The position numbers and the translations under genes are program-made. From an uncultured Verrucomicrobiae bacterium (GTDB lineage: Bacteria > Verrucomicrobiota > Verrucomicrobiia > Palsa-1439): DNA of 64,000 nucleotides. Shown piece after piece: positions 29,237-40,388 of the stretch (positions within the stretch are counted from its first letter, which is position 1; every line of letters begins with the position of its first letter). Below the pieces are notes generated by a model. It was given only the letters and a program-made list of their open reading frames with translations, had not been told where the DNA came from and did not search any database. The stretch lies in NCBI GenBank assembly GCA_963812605.1, contig CAWEWF010000004.1, positions 128,001 through 192,000 of the forward strand. Direction: 5' to 3'.

Positions 29237-30034
29237 TTACTTCGCGTCGGCCGCGTTTCCGAAGAGGAAAACCAGCGCGCGCCACACCCGCTCGCGCCAG
29301 CAGCGCTCGTTGTGTTCGCCGCCCTTTTCCTCGAAGTAGCAGAGGTCTTCTTCCTCGCGCCAGCCGCGCGCGAGATACGCCTGGTGCACCTGGCGTGATT
29401 GCGGCGCGCCGTCCCGCACCGTGCCGCAGTCGAGATAGACGCGGAGATCCTGGTGCTCGAGTTTCTTCACGAACTCGACGAACGATTTCCCCTGTCGATC
29501 GCGAACCTGGAACGCGCCGGAGAGACACGCGGCCTTGTGGAACGTCTCGGGAAGCTTATGCGCCATCCACAACGAGACCAGTCCTCCCAGGGAGGAACCC
29601 AGCACCGCGGTGTGCTCGCGATCCTTCTTCGTCGGGAATTTTCGATCGACACAGCGCTTCACGACATCGACCACGTAATTCGCGTACGGATGCGCGAGAA
29701 TGTCGTCGTAGGTTTTTCCCGGCGTGTATTCACGGAAACGCGCGTGCGTATTCGGGATGCCGACCAGGATGGTCGGCTCCATCTTTCCCTCGCGCGTCAA
29801 TTCATCCGCGATCTGGTTGAGATACCAGCCGCCGTGACCGAAGCAGCAATGCGGATCATCCCAGATGTTTTGGCCATCGTGACAATAGAGCACCGGGAAA
29901 CGCCGGCGATGATCATGTTCCGCGAGTTCGGGAAGATAGACATAGATCGGCCGGGCCGTGAGATGACCGAAACGAGGCAACACCTTTGACTCGTCGATGA
30001 CGTGAAAGCGGGACGACTCAGGCAACTGGATCAT
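29237..30034 (-). CDS. Alpha/beta hydrolase-fold esterase
   Basis: FPVLYCHDGQN, GSSLGG nucleophile elbow, HNE..W. Confidence 0.88.
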   Translation of the reverse strand: MIQLPESSRFHVIDESKVLPRFGHLTARPIYVYLPELAEHDHRRRFPVLYCHDGQNIWDDPHCCFGHGGWYLNQIADELTREGKMEPTILVGIPNTHARFREYTPGKTYDDILAHPYANYVVDVVKRCVDRKFPTKKDREHTAVLGSSLGGLVSLWMAHKLPETFHKAACLSGAFQVRDRQGKSFVEFVKKLEHQDLRVYLDCGTVRDGAPQSRQVHQAYLARGWREEEDLCYFEEKGGEHNERCWRERVWRALVFLFGNAADAK

Positions 30035-31538
30035 GTGCGTTTCGGGAACAACGGCGCAATCTGCCCGATCTTCGTTCCCGGCGCAAGGCGTCCCCACGCA
30101 ATCTCTTCCGCAAGCACCCGAAGTTTGTCCGCCGCGCCCAACTGCGTCCGAATCTGCTGCGCGCGATCGTCGGCATAAACGGCGTCACCAGAACGGAAAT
30201 CAGGCGCACCGATTCCGCCAGGTTGTAGAGCACGCCATCCAGCCGCGCGCTTGCGCTGGATCTTTCGCCAACTCCCACGGCTTGCTCTCCTCAACATACT
30301 GGTTGGCCCGCGTGACAAAGTCCCACAGTGCGTCCAGCGCCCCGCTGAAATCAATTCGCTCCATCTCTTCGCGATACGCCGTCGTCGTCTTCTCGCCGTC
30401 AGCTTTCAAGTCCGCGTCGTTCGCTTCGGCACGCACGCCTCACGATAGCGCTGGATCATCGACAGCGTGCGATTGACCAGGTTGCCGATATCGTTGGCGA
30501 GTTCGGCGTTGTAGCGTTGCTCCAGGCGCGCCCAGGAGAAATCGCCGTCCCCATTGAAGGGCACTTCACGCATGAGATAATACCGCAACACATCGGCGCT
30601 GTATTTTTCCAGCACTTCCGAAGGCTCGATCATGGTGCCGCGCGTCTTGCTCATCTTTTCGCCGTCGACGGAGATGAACCCGTGGGCAAACACCATTTTC
30701 GGCAGCGGCAATCCGGCCGCGAGCAGACCGCCGGCCAAATCGTGCAGTGGAAACGGGTGATGTCCTTGCCGATAATGTGCACGTCCGCCGGCCACCAACG
30801 GCCGAACTGCGCCTCGTCGCTGCCGTAACCGACCGCGCTGATGTAGTTCACCAGCGCGTCGAACCAGATCCAGATGGTCTGCGCCGGATTGACGGGACTC
30901 GGCACGCCCCAGCGGACATTGCTGCGCGTAAAGCTGACGTCCTGCAAACCTTCCCGCAGCAACCCGAGGATTTCATTCCGACGAATCACCGGTTCAATCC
31001 GGAACTCCGCGGTCTCGATCAACTTTTGTAGCCGCTCTTGAAACGCGGTGAGTTTGAAGAAAAGATTTTTCTCCTGGACGCGCTCGAGGGGGCGTTTATG
31101 AATCGGGCATTGGAAGTCCGGCGCGTCTTTTTCCGTGTAGTAATTCTCGCAACTCGGGCAGTACAGGCCCTCGTAATCGCCTTCGTACAAATAACCCGTC
31201 TTTGACCAGCCGCTCGAACAACAATTTCACCGCCGCTTCGTGTTGCGGATCGGTCGTGCGCACGAACCCATCGTACGCGACGCCGAGCTTTGCCCAGGTA
31301 TCCGTGAAGGCGGGAATCATGCGGTCGCAATACTCGCGCGGGGTCACGCCTTCCTTCTCCGCTTGCCGCTGCACGTTCAAACTATGTTCGTCCGTGCCTG
31401 TGAGAAAGAAAACCTCGTCGCCGCAAAGCCGATGGTAGCGCGCGCACGACATCCGCCCCGATCTTTTCGAGTACGCATGCCCGATGTGCGGGCGCGTCGT
31501 TGACGTAATCAATCGGCGGTGGTGACGTAAAATTTCAT
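30031..31538 (-). CDS. metG: Methionine--tRNA ligase, short form (multiple frameshifts)
   Basis: MKFYVTT.IDYVN, HIGH, GTDEH, WFDAL.NY, GKDI, KMSK motifs spread over several frames. Confidence 0.9.
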
Positions 31539-31580
31539 CGGCGCGAGATATTCGCAGTTTGAGCAACCGAGTCAACCGTC

Positions 31581-32675
31581 TCACTTCCCGCCGAGCCGTT
31601 CCAGCAACGTCACGATGGCCAGGATGCAGATGGCCTGGACGATCACGATCAGCGCGGCGGTCATCTGCGACCACAACAGCACCGTGGCTCCCAGGCCGAG
31701 GGTCAGCGTGATCAGGTAAATGAGCGTTACGGCCCAGCTTTGCGGCAGGCCGAGCCGGACCAGGCGGTGGGAAAGATGGTTCACGTCGCCATGATAAATC
31801 GGCTGGCCGCCGCGCAGCCGAATCCACGTCACCATCACGAGATCGAACAGCGGCACCGCCAGCACCAGCAAGGGGATCAGCACCGGCAACAGCGTGGGCG
31901 TTTTCCCATGCCGATAGAACGTGACGGTGATCGGCAGGACCGCCAGCATATAGCCCACAAAGTGACTGCCCGCATCCCCGAGAAAAATCGTCGCGGGCTT
32001 GAAATTATGCGGCAGGAACCCCAGCAGCGCGCCCGCCAGCGCCATCGCGATGAGGCAGACAAAATACTGATGCTGGATTCCCGCAATCAGCCCAAACAGT
32101 CCCGCGCAGACCAGTCCGATACCCGCGCACAACCCGTCCATGTTGTCGAGAAAGTTCATCGCGTTGGTGATGGTCACGATCCACAACACCGTCAGCACAT
32201 AGCTCACGAATGTGCTGTGAATGAAAACCGTGGCCCGGATTCCGGCCAGGGCCACTGACAACGCAATGATGATTTGTGCGATCAATTTTGTCCGCGCCTT
32301 GATCTCGTATTTGTCGTCGTACATGCCGAGCGCCACCATCAGGCCGCCGCCGAGCACGATCACAAGCAACTTCGGCCAGACCGAGAAGGCGCCGTCCAAA
32401 TACATCTTCACATCGGGCATCTCGATGAAGGGCAGATCCACCCGGCTCGCCAGCGGGAGCAGGAAGAGATAATTGAAGACCACGTTGGCAGCGAACGCGC
32501 TGAAAACCGCCGCCCCGCCGAGCAACGGCATCGCTTCCGTATGAATCTTCCGTTCGCTGTCCGGCTGGTCAATGTAATTCCATTGGATGGAGAGTCGCTT
32601 GAAAAGTGGCGTAAACAGCAGCGCCAGCCCGAAGCTGACATCGAACACATAGAAATAAACCAGCAGCCAGTGCAT
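31581..32675 (-). CDS. WecA/TagO-family polyprenyl-phosphate HexNAc-1-phosphate transferase
   Basis: RKIH..MPLLGG, DD, NAMNFLDNMDGL, IFLGDAGS, HLSHRL. Confidence 0.92.
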   Translation of the reverse strand: MHWLLVYFYVFDVSFGLALLFTPLFKRLSIQWNYIDQPDSERKIHTEAMPLLGGAAVFSAFAANVVFNYLFLLPLASRVDLPFIEMPDVKMYLDGAFSVWPKLLVIVLGGGLMVALGMYDDKYEIKARTKLIAQIIIALSVALAGIRATVFIHSTFVSYVLTVLWIVTITNAMNFLDNMDGLCAGIGLVCAGLFGLIAGIQHQYFVCLIAMALAGALLGFLPHNFKPATIFLGDAGSHFVGYMLAVLPITVTFYRHGKTPTLLPVLIPLLVLAVPLFDLVMVTWIRLRGGQPIYHGDVNHLSHRLVRLGLPQSWAVTLIYLITLTLGLGATVLLWSQMTAALIVIVQAICILAIVTLLERLGGK

Positions 32676-32676
32676 G

Positions 32677-33835
32677 TCAGTACCGCGCCGCCCACAGTCG
32701 CCGGTACAACTCGTCGAGTTGTCTCACCATCCGCTCCTCCGAAAAACGCTCCTTGACCAGGTTCCTGCCCTGCGCGGCCATTCTATTGGCCAGGGCTGTG
32801 TCCTGCAACAACCGAATCACCGCGTTGGCCAATCCGTTCACATCCCCGGCCCGCACGAGCAAGCCGGTCTCTCCGTCAACGCATACCTCGCGCGCGCCGT
32901 CCACGTCGAACGCCACGACCGGCTTTCCGGCCGCGAGCGCCTGTGGTAACGCCCGCGGTAGGCCCTCGCGCAACGACAAGTGCACCAGCAGGTCCATCGA
33001 GGCCACGTACCGCGGAATCTCGTTCGGCGGGACGAGACCCGCAAAAACAAAATAACCGCGCAGGTTCATTTCCGTTGCGAGACGTTCAAATCGTTCCCGA
33101 TAAATTCCATCCCCGACCAACAGAAATTTGACATTGGGCACGGCCGCGACAATGCGCGGCGCCGCCTCGAAGAGAAACTCGTGCCCTTTTAGACGGAACA
33201 GGCGGGCAATCTTGCCGACCACAAGATCCCCCGGGGAGATCCCGAGGGATTCACGCAGCGAATCATCACGTCGTGCATCGAGAAACGCATCGATATTCAT
33301 GCCACTGTGGATGGTCGTGTACCGGTCAGGCGCGCCGATGCCCGCCGCCAGATATTGCTCGGTCATCGCGTCCGCGACGGAGACAAATTGCGTCGTGCAT
33401 TCACCCGCCACTTGTTCCGCCCAGCGGAAGATCCAGTTGCCAATCGGATTCTGGTATTCGTAGAAGGACGGCCCGTGAATCGTGTGCACAATGATCGGCA
33501 CCCGGGCCAGTTTCGCGGCGACGCGGCCCGATAAACCCGGCTTTCCCACTGTGCGTGTGGACGACATCGTATCGTTTCCGCACGAACAATCTTCGCAGCG
33601 CGGCGCCCGCACCCAGGTCGTGCAGCGGATTTGGCGCGCGCCGCAGTTCCTCCACGATGATCATTGGCACACCCGCCGCTTTTGCCTGGTCGTACAGCGA
33701 ACCTTCCGGCCCCGTTTGCGGTCCGATTACCAGGTCCACATCGTACCCCAGTTTCCGCAACCCGATACACGTGGATACGGTATTCTCCTGCGCCCCGCCG
33801 ACGATCAACCGCGTAATGACGTGGCAAATTCTCAT
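32677..33835 (-). CDS. GT4 glycosyltransferase (frameshift near 33540)
   Basis: GGAQEN, HTHSGKAG, HTIHG, KGH, EGLPRALPQA. Confidence 0.9.
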
Positions 33836-33838
33836 GTA

Positions 33839-35875
33839 TTACTTTTCACGCAACTGATAGACGATCCCGCGTCCCGTCCGGTGAACTTCGGTCCCGTAGT
33901 GGTGCAGGGTACTTTGGATGAGGTCCCAATTGGCATCCGCCATGTAATTATAGCCACGTCGCAACCGATCCGTTTCGGCAAAATTCACGTACACATGCGT
34001 GATGCCCCTGTCCCGCAACGCCGCCAGCAGTTCCTCCGACGACTTCGCTTCCTTGCTCATCGCGGTCAACGGCGACTGGTCGAACGCCGTACTCCATACA
34101 GCAGGATGCTTCGCATAATACAAGCGGCCCTCCCCGACGTAGAGAACTTTGGCGCCGCTGGGCAGGTTTTCGTTCATCCAAATGATCGGCTCCAGCACGC
34201 CCTTCCCCATCCGCGCGATGAATTCATCCCGGGTGAATTGTCCGAGCGCACATTGGACGAAATCCATCTGGGGCGGCAAGCGCTCCGGCTTCTCCGTGTC
34301 CACCAAATCATTCAGCGCCAGCGTCGCGAGACTCCCCAGCATGACAACGCCGACAGCAAGGCGGATCGCCCATCGCACCGACCTTTCACGACCGAGCTTC
34401 TCCACCGCGAATGCGCCAACCACGGCCGCCATGCCAAAGGTCGGAAACAGGAACCGCCATGGTCGAAAGGTGAAGCAAAACCAGCTCGCGCAGGCGCCCG
34501 CCACCAACCACCCTGCCCGCTTCGCCGCTGGTTCGCAGCGCGAGACCAGCAGGACCAGCGGCGCCGTCATCAACAGCAGTGGGACTGCGCCCGGCTCGAC
34601 GAAGGAGTAGTTCCACAATAACAAAAAGAATTGCCCGATCGTTCCCCACCCGAATGTTGGATAATGCTTCCCCGAGAACACTGTGGCCTGGGCTGCGCTC
34701 CAATAGGGATTTGGGAACCATTGATGGAATAACGGGTAGACCGGATTGCCCGCCAGCAGCCAATTCTTGACCAGCCACGGCGCAACAACGGCCAGGGCGA
34801 GAAGGCCGAAGGCCGGCAGCAGACGGATTTTCCGGCGGAAGGCCAGCAATACGGCCAGCGGCAAGAATACCACCGGGATCGCCGTCCACTTGGTCGCCAC
34901 CGCCGCGCCGGCGCAAAGGGCCGACAACCAAACAAGCTTGGGGCTTTCTTCCTCGCCCCAAATCACCAACGCGCCGAACGCCAGCATCGCGAAAAACGCG
35001 GTCGCCAGATCAATCCGCGCCGTTTGACCCAGGTCCTGCACGAACGGCGTGCAATAGAACAGCGCCGCTGCCGTCAACCCCACGGCCCGCGACCACAACC
35101 GCCGCCCCACGCCGAACACCGCCAGCGCGCCGAGCAAGCCGAACAGCCAGTGCAACAGCTTCGCCGCGATATCCGAGGTCAGCGTCGTTGCCAACAGGTA
35201 CAACATCTCCGTCAGTTGCGGCAGGTTCGAGTAGAAGTTGTGCGGCAGGAAGACGATGTGGCCCGCGCGTTGATAATCCGCCAGCGCGCCCAGATGATAC
35301 TCGAGTTCATCGTATTCAAACGGCGGCGCCAATGCGCCCGCGAGGTTGAGCGCCGCGGCAATCACGATGCACGCGATCATCCACTTCGCCCAGCCATCGG
35401 TTCGGTCCGTCGAAACCTGGAATTCGCGCAGGAACTTTCGAGGCGCGGGCAAAAACCAGCAGAGCAAGGCAAGACCTACCAGCGGGACTTTCGTGATGGA
35501 AACAGATCCCACCACGAGCACGAGCACGGCGAGAGACCAGAAGCCCACAGCCAGGGCGAACAACACGCCGAGAATATCGCGCTTCGTCACGAGCCGATTC
35601 GTTACCGTCGCGCCCAACCCCAGTGCTGCGGCCACAATCCCGATAAGGCACACAAAGTCATACACCCGCGCAGTCCAGAATTCCTGAAAATGCGGGCCGA
35701 CTTGGAGCGCGGGCAGCGCCGCGGCAAACAGGTTCGCTGCCTGCCAGGGCAGGAGCCACGCGCCGTAGCGAACGAGGTAAATCAGCGCCAGCCCGACCAC
35801 CCAAAGGATCGCGAGCAGTCGCGCGAATTCAGGACGAAGCCACGGGGACGCGGCGCGATCCGAAGTGGTCTGCAT
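33839..35875 (-). CDS. GT-C fold (ArnT/PMT-like) membrane glycosyltransferase
   Basis: Many TM helices, PPFEYDELEYHL acidic loop, ATKWT, GNPVYP, WRFLFP. Confidence 0.7.
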   Translation of the reverse strand: MQTTSDRAASPWLRPEFARLLAILWVVGLALIYLVRYGAWLLPWQAANLFAAALPALQVGPHFQEFWTARVYDFVCLIGIVAAALGLGATVTNRLVTKRDILGVLFALAVGFWSLAVLVLVVGSVSITKVPLVGLALLCWFLPAPRKFLREFQVSTDRTDGWAKWMIACIVIAAALNLAGALAPPFEYDELEYHLGALADYQRAGHIVFLPHNFYSNLPQLTEMLYLLATTLTSDIAAKLLHWLFGLLGALAVFGVGRRLWSRAVGLTAAALFYCTPFVQDLGQTARIDLATAFFAMLAFGALVIWGEEESPKLVWLSALCAGAAVATKWTAIPVVFLPLAVLLAFRRKIRLLPAFGLLALAVVAPWLVKNWLLAGNPVYPLFHQWFPNPYWSAAQATVFSGKHYPTFGWGTIGQFFLLLWNYSFVEPGAVPLLLMTAPLVLLVSRCEPAAKRAGWLVAGACASWFCFTFRPWRFLFPTFGMAAVVGAFAVEKLGRERSVRWAIRLAVGVVMLGSLATLALNDLVDTEKPERLPPQMDFVQCALGQFTRDEFIARMGKGVLEPIIWMNENLPSGAKVLYVGEGRLYYAKHPAVWSTAFDQSPLTAMSKEAKSSEELLAALRDRGITHVYVNFAETDRLRRGYNYMADANWDLIQSTLHHYGTEVHRTGRGIVYQLREK

Positions 35876-35942
35876 TGGCCGCCATTGTAGCGGTCAATGT
35901 CAGATGCGCAAGCCGACTAGTTGTGGCGCCCTTGGAGCGCTC

Positions 35943-36860
35943 TCATCCCAGAATCGAACCCACCTTCACCTCGTGTCCCCGCAAGAAGGCGTCGATGGGC
36001 ATGCGTTTGCTGTTGGCGGGTTGAAGTTCCTGGATGCGTACGCCGCCCTGGCCGGTGGCGACAATGAAATCCGCCAGCAATTCGCCGGGGTTGCCGGAAA
36101 CACCTTCGACGACCTCGACCTTCCATACTTTCAACAACAAATCGCCGAGGCGCGTGTGAGTGCCGGGCCACGGATCGAAAGCACGAACCTGCCGCTCAAT
36201 CTCGACGGCGGAACGCGTCCAATTGACACGGCCATCTTCCTTCGCGATTTTTTTTGAGTACGTGGCGCGGGTCTCGTCCTGTTTCGCGCGCGGGGCTTTG
36301 CCCTCGGCGATCAACCCCACCGTTTCCACCAACAAATCGCCCCCCAGTTTTGCGAGGCGATCGTGCAAGGTGGCACTGGTGTCGTCGGCGTGGATCAGTT
36401 GCGCGCGCTGAAGGATGATGTCGCCGGTGTCCATGTTTTCGTCCAAATACATTGTTGTGACTCCCGTCTCGTGGTCGCCATGAAGGATCGCGTATTGGAT
36501 TGGCGCGGCGCCCCGCCAACGCGGCAGCAGCGAAGTGTGAACGTTGATGCACCCAAGCGGCGGGATTTCCAGGACCGCTTTCGGCAGAATCTGGCCGTAG
36601 GCGACAATAATAATGAGGTCGGGCCGGGCCGCCCGCAGGGAATCGATGGCAGCAGGTTCGCGAATCTTAGCGGGCTGCTGAAAGAGAAGACCAAGACGTT
36701 CCGCCGCAACTTTCACGGGTGGCGGTGTGGGTTTAAGGTCACGTCCTTTCGGGCGATCCGGTTGGGTGACTACAACGACGATGTCGTTCCCGGGCACTTT
36801 TGCTACGGCCTCGAGGCTCGGGCAGGCAAGTTCGGCTGTTCCCATAAAAACGATGCGCAT
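35943..36860 (-). CDS. fmt: Methionyl-tRNA formyltransferase
   Basis: FMGT, TQPDRP, AYGQIL, NVHTSLLPRWRGAAPI, MDTGD. Confidence 0.96.
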   Translation of the reverse strand: MRIVFMGTAELACPSLEAVAKVPGNDIVVVVTQPDRPKGRDLKPTPPPVKVAAERLGLLFQQPAKIREPAAIDSLRAARPDLIIIVAYGQILPKAVLEIPPLGCINVHTSLLPRWRGAAPIQYAILHGDHETGVTTMYLDENMDTGDIILQRAQLIHADDTSATLHDRLAKLGGDLLVETVGLIAEGKAPRAKQDETRATYSKKIAKEDGRVNWTRSAVEIERQVRAFDPWPGTHTRLGDLLLKVWKVEVVEGVSGNPGELLADFIVATGQGGVRIQELQPANSKRMPIDAFLRGHEVKVGSILG

Positions 36861-36913
36861 GACGGGTCAGCCCTAACAGAGCCGCCGGTGAAATTCAAGC
36901 GTGCTGCCACCCC

Positions 36914-36952
36914 AAAAAGAGGATGGGCGAGAGGTGATGCCCCTCGCCCATC
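36914..36952 (-). terminator. Intrinsic terminator
   Basis: GATGGGCGAG stem followed on the minus strand by a T-tract, just after the 36974 stop. Confidence 0.7.
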
Positions 36953-36973
36953 AGTCAACGATCGTATTCTTCG

Positions 36974-37681
36974 TTATGGAAGGAGTTGACGTCTCAGCGT
37001 CATGTGTCCGGCTGGAAGAAGCGTGACGTTGGTCGTGCCACCTTCAAAAATGACGTTAACAACGCCAATCAGGTGGGCGTCTCCGGCAATCTCCTTGTCC
37101 TTGACCTTGTCGTCGGTGTTCTTGACAGATATGTCCCCAAAGGTCTTGTCTTGTGAGCGATCCGTGTCCACCAGTACCGCTCGCGGACAACCGTTGGTGG
37201 GATTCAGATAAACCCTGCCAGCAACCGTCAGGAAGCCACCCACCAGGAAGCCGTTGGTATTCACAGCCATTCGCATGACGAACCGTTCGTGGTTGGGACC
37301 CGGCGCAGAAGGGTCGTCCTGGCCCGTCAACACATCGATGTTTGTGCTGCCGGCAATGTCCACAACGTTGCTTAACAGACTCGTGTCGAAGACGACCAAT
37401 CTCGCGAGCGTTGAATCGCAACTAATCTCCAACCCCAGCACACGATTGGTCTCCACGGTCGTAAGGGCTTGACCCAAAGCCAGGTTAACCAGGTCATGGC
37501 CTGCAAACGTATCGAACGCGAGCAGGGCCGTATTGGTCGCTACTGGATTCGGCACCTGAAACACCGCGTTCACTGCCGCCGTGTCCCGAAACGTGCCCGC
37601 GACGACCGGGGCCCCTAATGCTGTCAGGACCGCGACCACTAAGGCCGCTGCCCCAATTGCAATCCATTGTTTTGCTTTCAT
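36974..37681 (-). CDS. Secreted hypothetical protein
   Basis: Signal peptide MKAKQWIAIGAAALVVAVL..., GGAG RBS, beta-rich N/T/D-rich body. Confidence 0.75.
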   Translation of the reverse strand: MKAKQWIAIGAAALVVAVLTALGAPVVAGTFRDTAAVNAVFQVPNPVATNTALLAFDTFAGHDLVNLALGQALTTVETNRVLGLEISCDSTLARLVVFDTSLLSNVVDIAGSTNIDVLTGQDDPSAPGPNHERFVMRMAVNTNGFLVGGFLTVAGRVYLNPTNGCPRAVLVDTDRSQDKTFGDISVKNTDDKVKDKEIAGDAHLIGVVNVIFEGGTTNVTLLPAGHMTLRRQLLP

Positions 37682-37904
37682 CGTATAAGTTGCTCCTTGC
37701 TCGGTTTTTTTCTGGTCAGGATCGCTGGCCGAGTACACGATCCAGACTTCTGCTCACGTGCACGGTTAAACACCGCCCATCGTTGCAGGTTTCTGTCCCC
37801 ATAAGACTGGCGTATCCTAGCATACGGACATGGTTGTTTCCACGAAAAAGCGAGCTTTTGTCAGAAAATGCCACTCGTTTCCAGAGAACAATTGGCCCGC
37901 CAGG

Positions 37905-38546
37905 TCAATTCCTCGCGCCCACAGCGGGCGATGGCGGCGGAATTTCGCGCATCTCCTGGAAGCGGCCGAGAATGGCGCTGAGAATGTCATGGGCAACTTC
38001 AATGGGCGTTTGCAGCGCATTGACATCCACGCTGATTTCCCTCGGATAATGGGCCAGTAGGGGCCGCGATTCCTTCTCGTAAATATCCAGCCGATGACGA
38101 ATCGTCTGGTCATTGGCGTCGTCGAGCCTGTTCTCTTTCAGGGCACGGGATTTAAGGCGGCGGACCATCTCCTCGCGATCATGGACCGCGCGCAAAGAGA
38201 TCAATTTCACCACTTCGATGTATTGATCGAGCATCTTCGCCTGATGAATATTTCGCGGGATGCCGTCCAGAACCAGAATGGAGGCGGCGGGGTTGAGGGC
38301 CCCCGTGTGGATGAGCTTGTCGATGTGTTCCCGCCATAAACGCACGGTGAAATCATCCGGGACCAACTCCCCCTTGCTCGAGTATTGGAGGAAGACCTTC
38401 CCAACTTCGCTGTTGAGATCAATAGAGCGAAAGACATTGCCGCAAGCGAGGTGGTGGAAGCCGGGCAGTGTGCCAAGCATTTTGCCCTGGGTGCCTTTGC
38501 CGCTACCGGGGGAGCCGAACAAAAGAATCGTTTTGATCTTTTCCAT
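37905..38546 (-). CDS. adk: Adenylate kinase (short LID type)
   Basis: GSPGSGKGTQ P-loop, GELVPD, LDGIPR, R.DD. Confidence 0.85.
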   Translation of the reverse strand: MEKIKTILLFGSPGSGKGTQGKMLGTLPGFHHLACGNVFRSIDLNSEVGKVFLQYSSKGELVPDDFTVRLWREHIDKLIHTGALNPAASILVLDGIPRNIHQAKMLDQYIEVVKLISLRAVHDREEMVRRLKSRALKENRLDDANDQTIRHRLDIYEKESRPLLAHYPREISVDVNALQTPIEVAHDILSAILGRFQEMREIPPPSPAVGARN

Positions 38547-38563
38547 GGGGCCCGTTTTCCTCT

Positions 38564-39637
38564 CTAGTTCAATAACTGATACCAATTATCGCGCCGATGC
38601 GGCTCGTACCCAAGTTCCCGGATCAATCGCTGCATGGTTTCTTCGTTGATGCGGAACGTGGCTCCGGCCTGCGACACCACGTTCTCTTCCATCATCACGC
38701 TGCCGAAATCGTTCGCGCCGTACTTCAGCGCAATCTGCCCGATTTGCGGTCCCTGGGTCACCCAACTGGATTGCACATTCGAGAAATTATCCAGGAAAAT
38801 ACGCGAGAGTGCCTGCGTCCGCAGGTACTCATGCGACCCGACCGACGGCACCTTCAGGCGGGTGTTCTCGCTCTGGAACGTCCAGCAGATGTACGCCGTG
38901 AAGCCGTGGGTGCGGTCTTGCAAATCGCGGAGTCGCACCAGGTGTTCGACGCGATCTTCGATGGTCTCCACGTGCCCGAACATCATCGTCGCCGACGAGT
39001 TCAAGCCAAGGCCGTGGGCGATCTCCATCACGCGCAGCCATTCGTCGCTGGTGCACTTCAACGGCGCAATCCGCTGGCGCACGCGGTCAACCAGAATTTC
39101 GCCGCCGCCGCCGGGGATGGAACCCAGCCCGGCCTCCTTGAATCTGCGAATCACTTCTTCGACGGGCATGCTGAAGACTTTGGCGAAATGGTTGAACTCC
39201 GGTGGCGAGAAACCGTGGATATTTACCTGGGGAAAGTTGCGGCGAATGTACTGCAGCAGGTTCAGGTAGTAGTCGATCCCGAGTTTTGGATGATGGCCGC
39301 CCTGCATCAAGATCTGGACGCCACCGATCGCCACCAATTCCTTGATCTTCTCACCGATCTGCTCGGGTGTGAGCACGTAGGAATCGTCGTCACGCTCCTC
39401 GCGCATGAAGGCGCAGAAAGTGCAATACACGTCGCAGACATTCGTGTAATTGATGTTGCGGTCAATGATGTAGGTAACCCGTCGCTCCGGATGCTTTTGC
39501 TCGCGCACCACATCCGCCAGCGCGCCCAATTCCGGAAGCGTGAAGGCGTGATAGAGCCGGATGGCTTCGGCGGGCGTAATCCGCGCGCCGTCGCAGACCT
39601 TGCCCTGAATCGTATCAAGCGACGTATCGTAAATCAT
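38564..39637 (-). CDS. mqnC: Cyclic dehypoxanthine futalosine synthase
   Basis: DRNINYTNVCDVYCTFC, GGGGEIL, SSWVTQG, GANDFGS. Confidence 0.92.
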   Translation of the reverse strand: MIYDTSLDTIQGKVCDGARITPAEAIRLYHAFTLPELGALADVVREQKHPERRVTYIIDRNINYTNVCDVYCTFCAFMREERDDDSYVLTPEQIGEKIKELVAIGGVQILMQGGHHPKLGIDYYLNLLQYIRRNFPQVNIHGFSPPEFNHFAKVFSMPVEEVIRRFKEAGLGSIPGGGGEILVDRVRQRIAPLKCTSDEWLRVMEIAHGLGLNSSATMMFGHVETIEDRVEHLVRLRDLQDRTHGFTAYICWTFQSENTRLKVPSVGSHEYLRTQALSRIFLDNFSNVQSSWVTQGPQIGQIALKYGANDFGSVMMEENVVSQAGATFRINEETMQRLIRELGYEPHRRDNWYQLLN

Positions 39638-40388
39638 GACAGTCGTCCACCAACCGCATTTCCTTCAAGTATTGCTGGAACCGCCGAATTCCCTGCTTCT
39701 CCGCCGCGCCCAACTCGTACGACAAATTCTTCGTCAGGTATTCGCGACGAACTTCCGGTGTCGCTTCCGTCGCATCTTGCACAATGCGTTCGATATTCGC
39801 AAGCCCTTGGGCCTTGGCGGCACGCAGCGGGCCACCGAGCGCATTCCCATCCACCCCGCGGCGCAAGGCCCACGCCGCAAAGACAAACGGCAAACCGGTC
39901 AATTCCACCCAGGCTTCGCCGAGATCGAGGATCGGTTGCGAGCCGTTCCGGGTACGATACCAGAGCGCCTCGTCGCCGATCAACATCATCGCCTCATGCT
40001 CCGACAATTTGCCGCCTTCGGGCCGCGGATAGAACTCCGGGGTCACGTTGTAGCCGTATTGGAGAATGATGCGCACCAGCCAGGCCGATGTGCGCGATGC
40101 CGTGTCCACCGCTACGCGCTTCAGTTTTTCGACGGGCTCGCGGTGGACCAGATACACGCTTTGAATCGGGCCCCGTGTGGCGACGGCAATCCCGTCCAGA
40201 ACATCGTAACGGTCGTGCTGGATGACCTCGGCAATCGGCACCAGCCCCGCGTCGAATTGTCCGCGGAACATCAAATCCGCCAACCGTGACGGCGGCGACA
40301 GCGTGACCTGGTCTTCGATTCCGTAAATGAGCGGACGCGCGTTCAGATACGGCACACTGCCAATCCGCCACGGCAATCCCACGCTCAT
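39615..40388 (-). CDS. mqnA: Chorismate dehydratase
   Basis: VPYLNARPL, SRTS, LIGDEAL, DLGEAW..TGLPFVFA. Confidence 0.92.
   Translation of the reverse strand: MSVGLPWRIGSVPYLNARPLIYGIEDQVTLSPPSRLADLMFRGQFDAGLVPIAEVIQHDRYDVLDGIAVATRGPIQSVYLVHREPVEKLKRVAVDTASRTSAWLVRIILQYGYNVTPEFYPRPEGGKLSEHEAMMLIGDEALWYRTRNGSQPILDLGEAWVELTGLPFVFAAWALRRGVDGNALGGPLRAAKAQGLANIERIVQDATEATPEVRREYLTKNLSYELGAAEKQGIRRFQQYLKEMRLVDDCHDLRYVA

Noticed and set aside
30031-31538. metG as a pseudogene or programmed frameshift
   Set aside because: Catalytic motifs are intact, breaks are scattered, and no slippery-site pattern is evident; sequencing error is more parsimonious
38597-40069. Long plus-strand ORFs (also 9556-10515, 15899-17107, 22227-23294, 33482-34621, 61133-62191)
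   Set aside because: Antisense shadows of well-supported high-GC genes with no recognisable motifs
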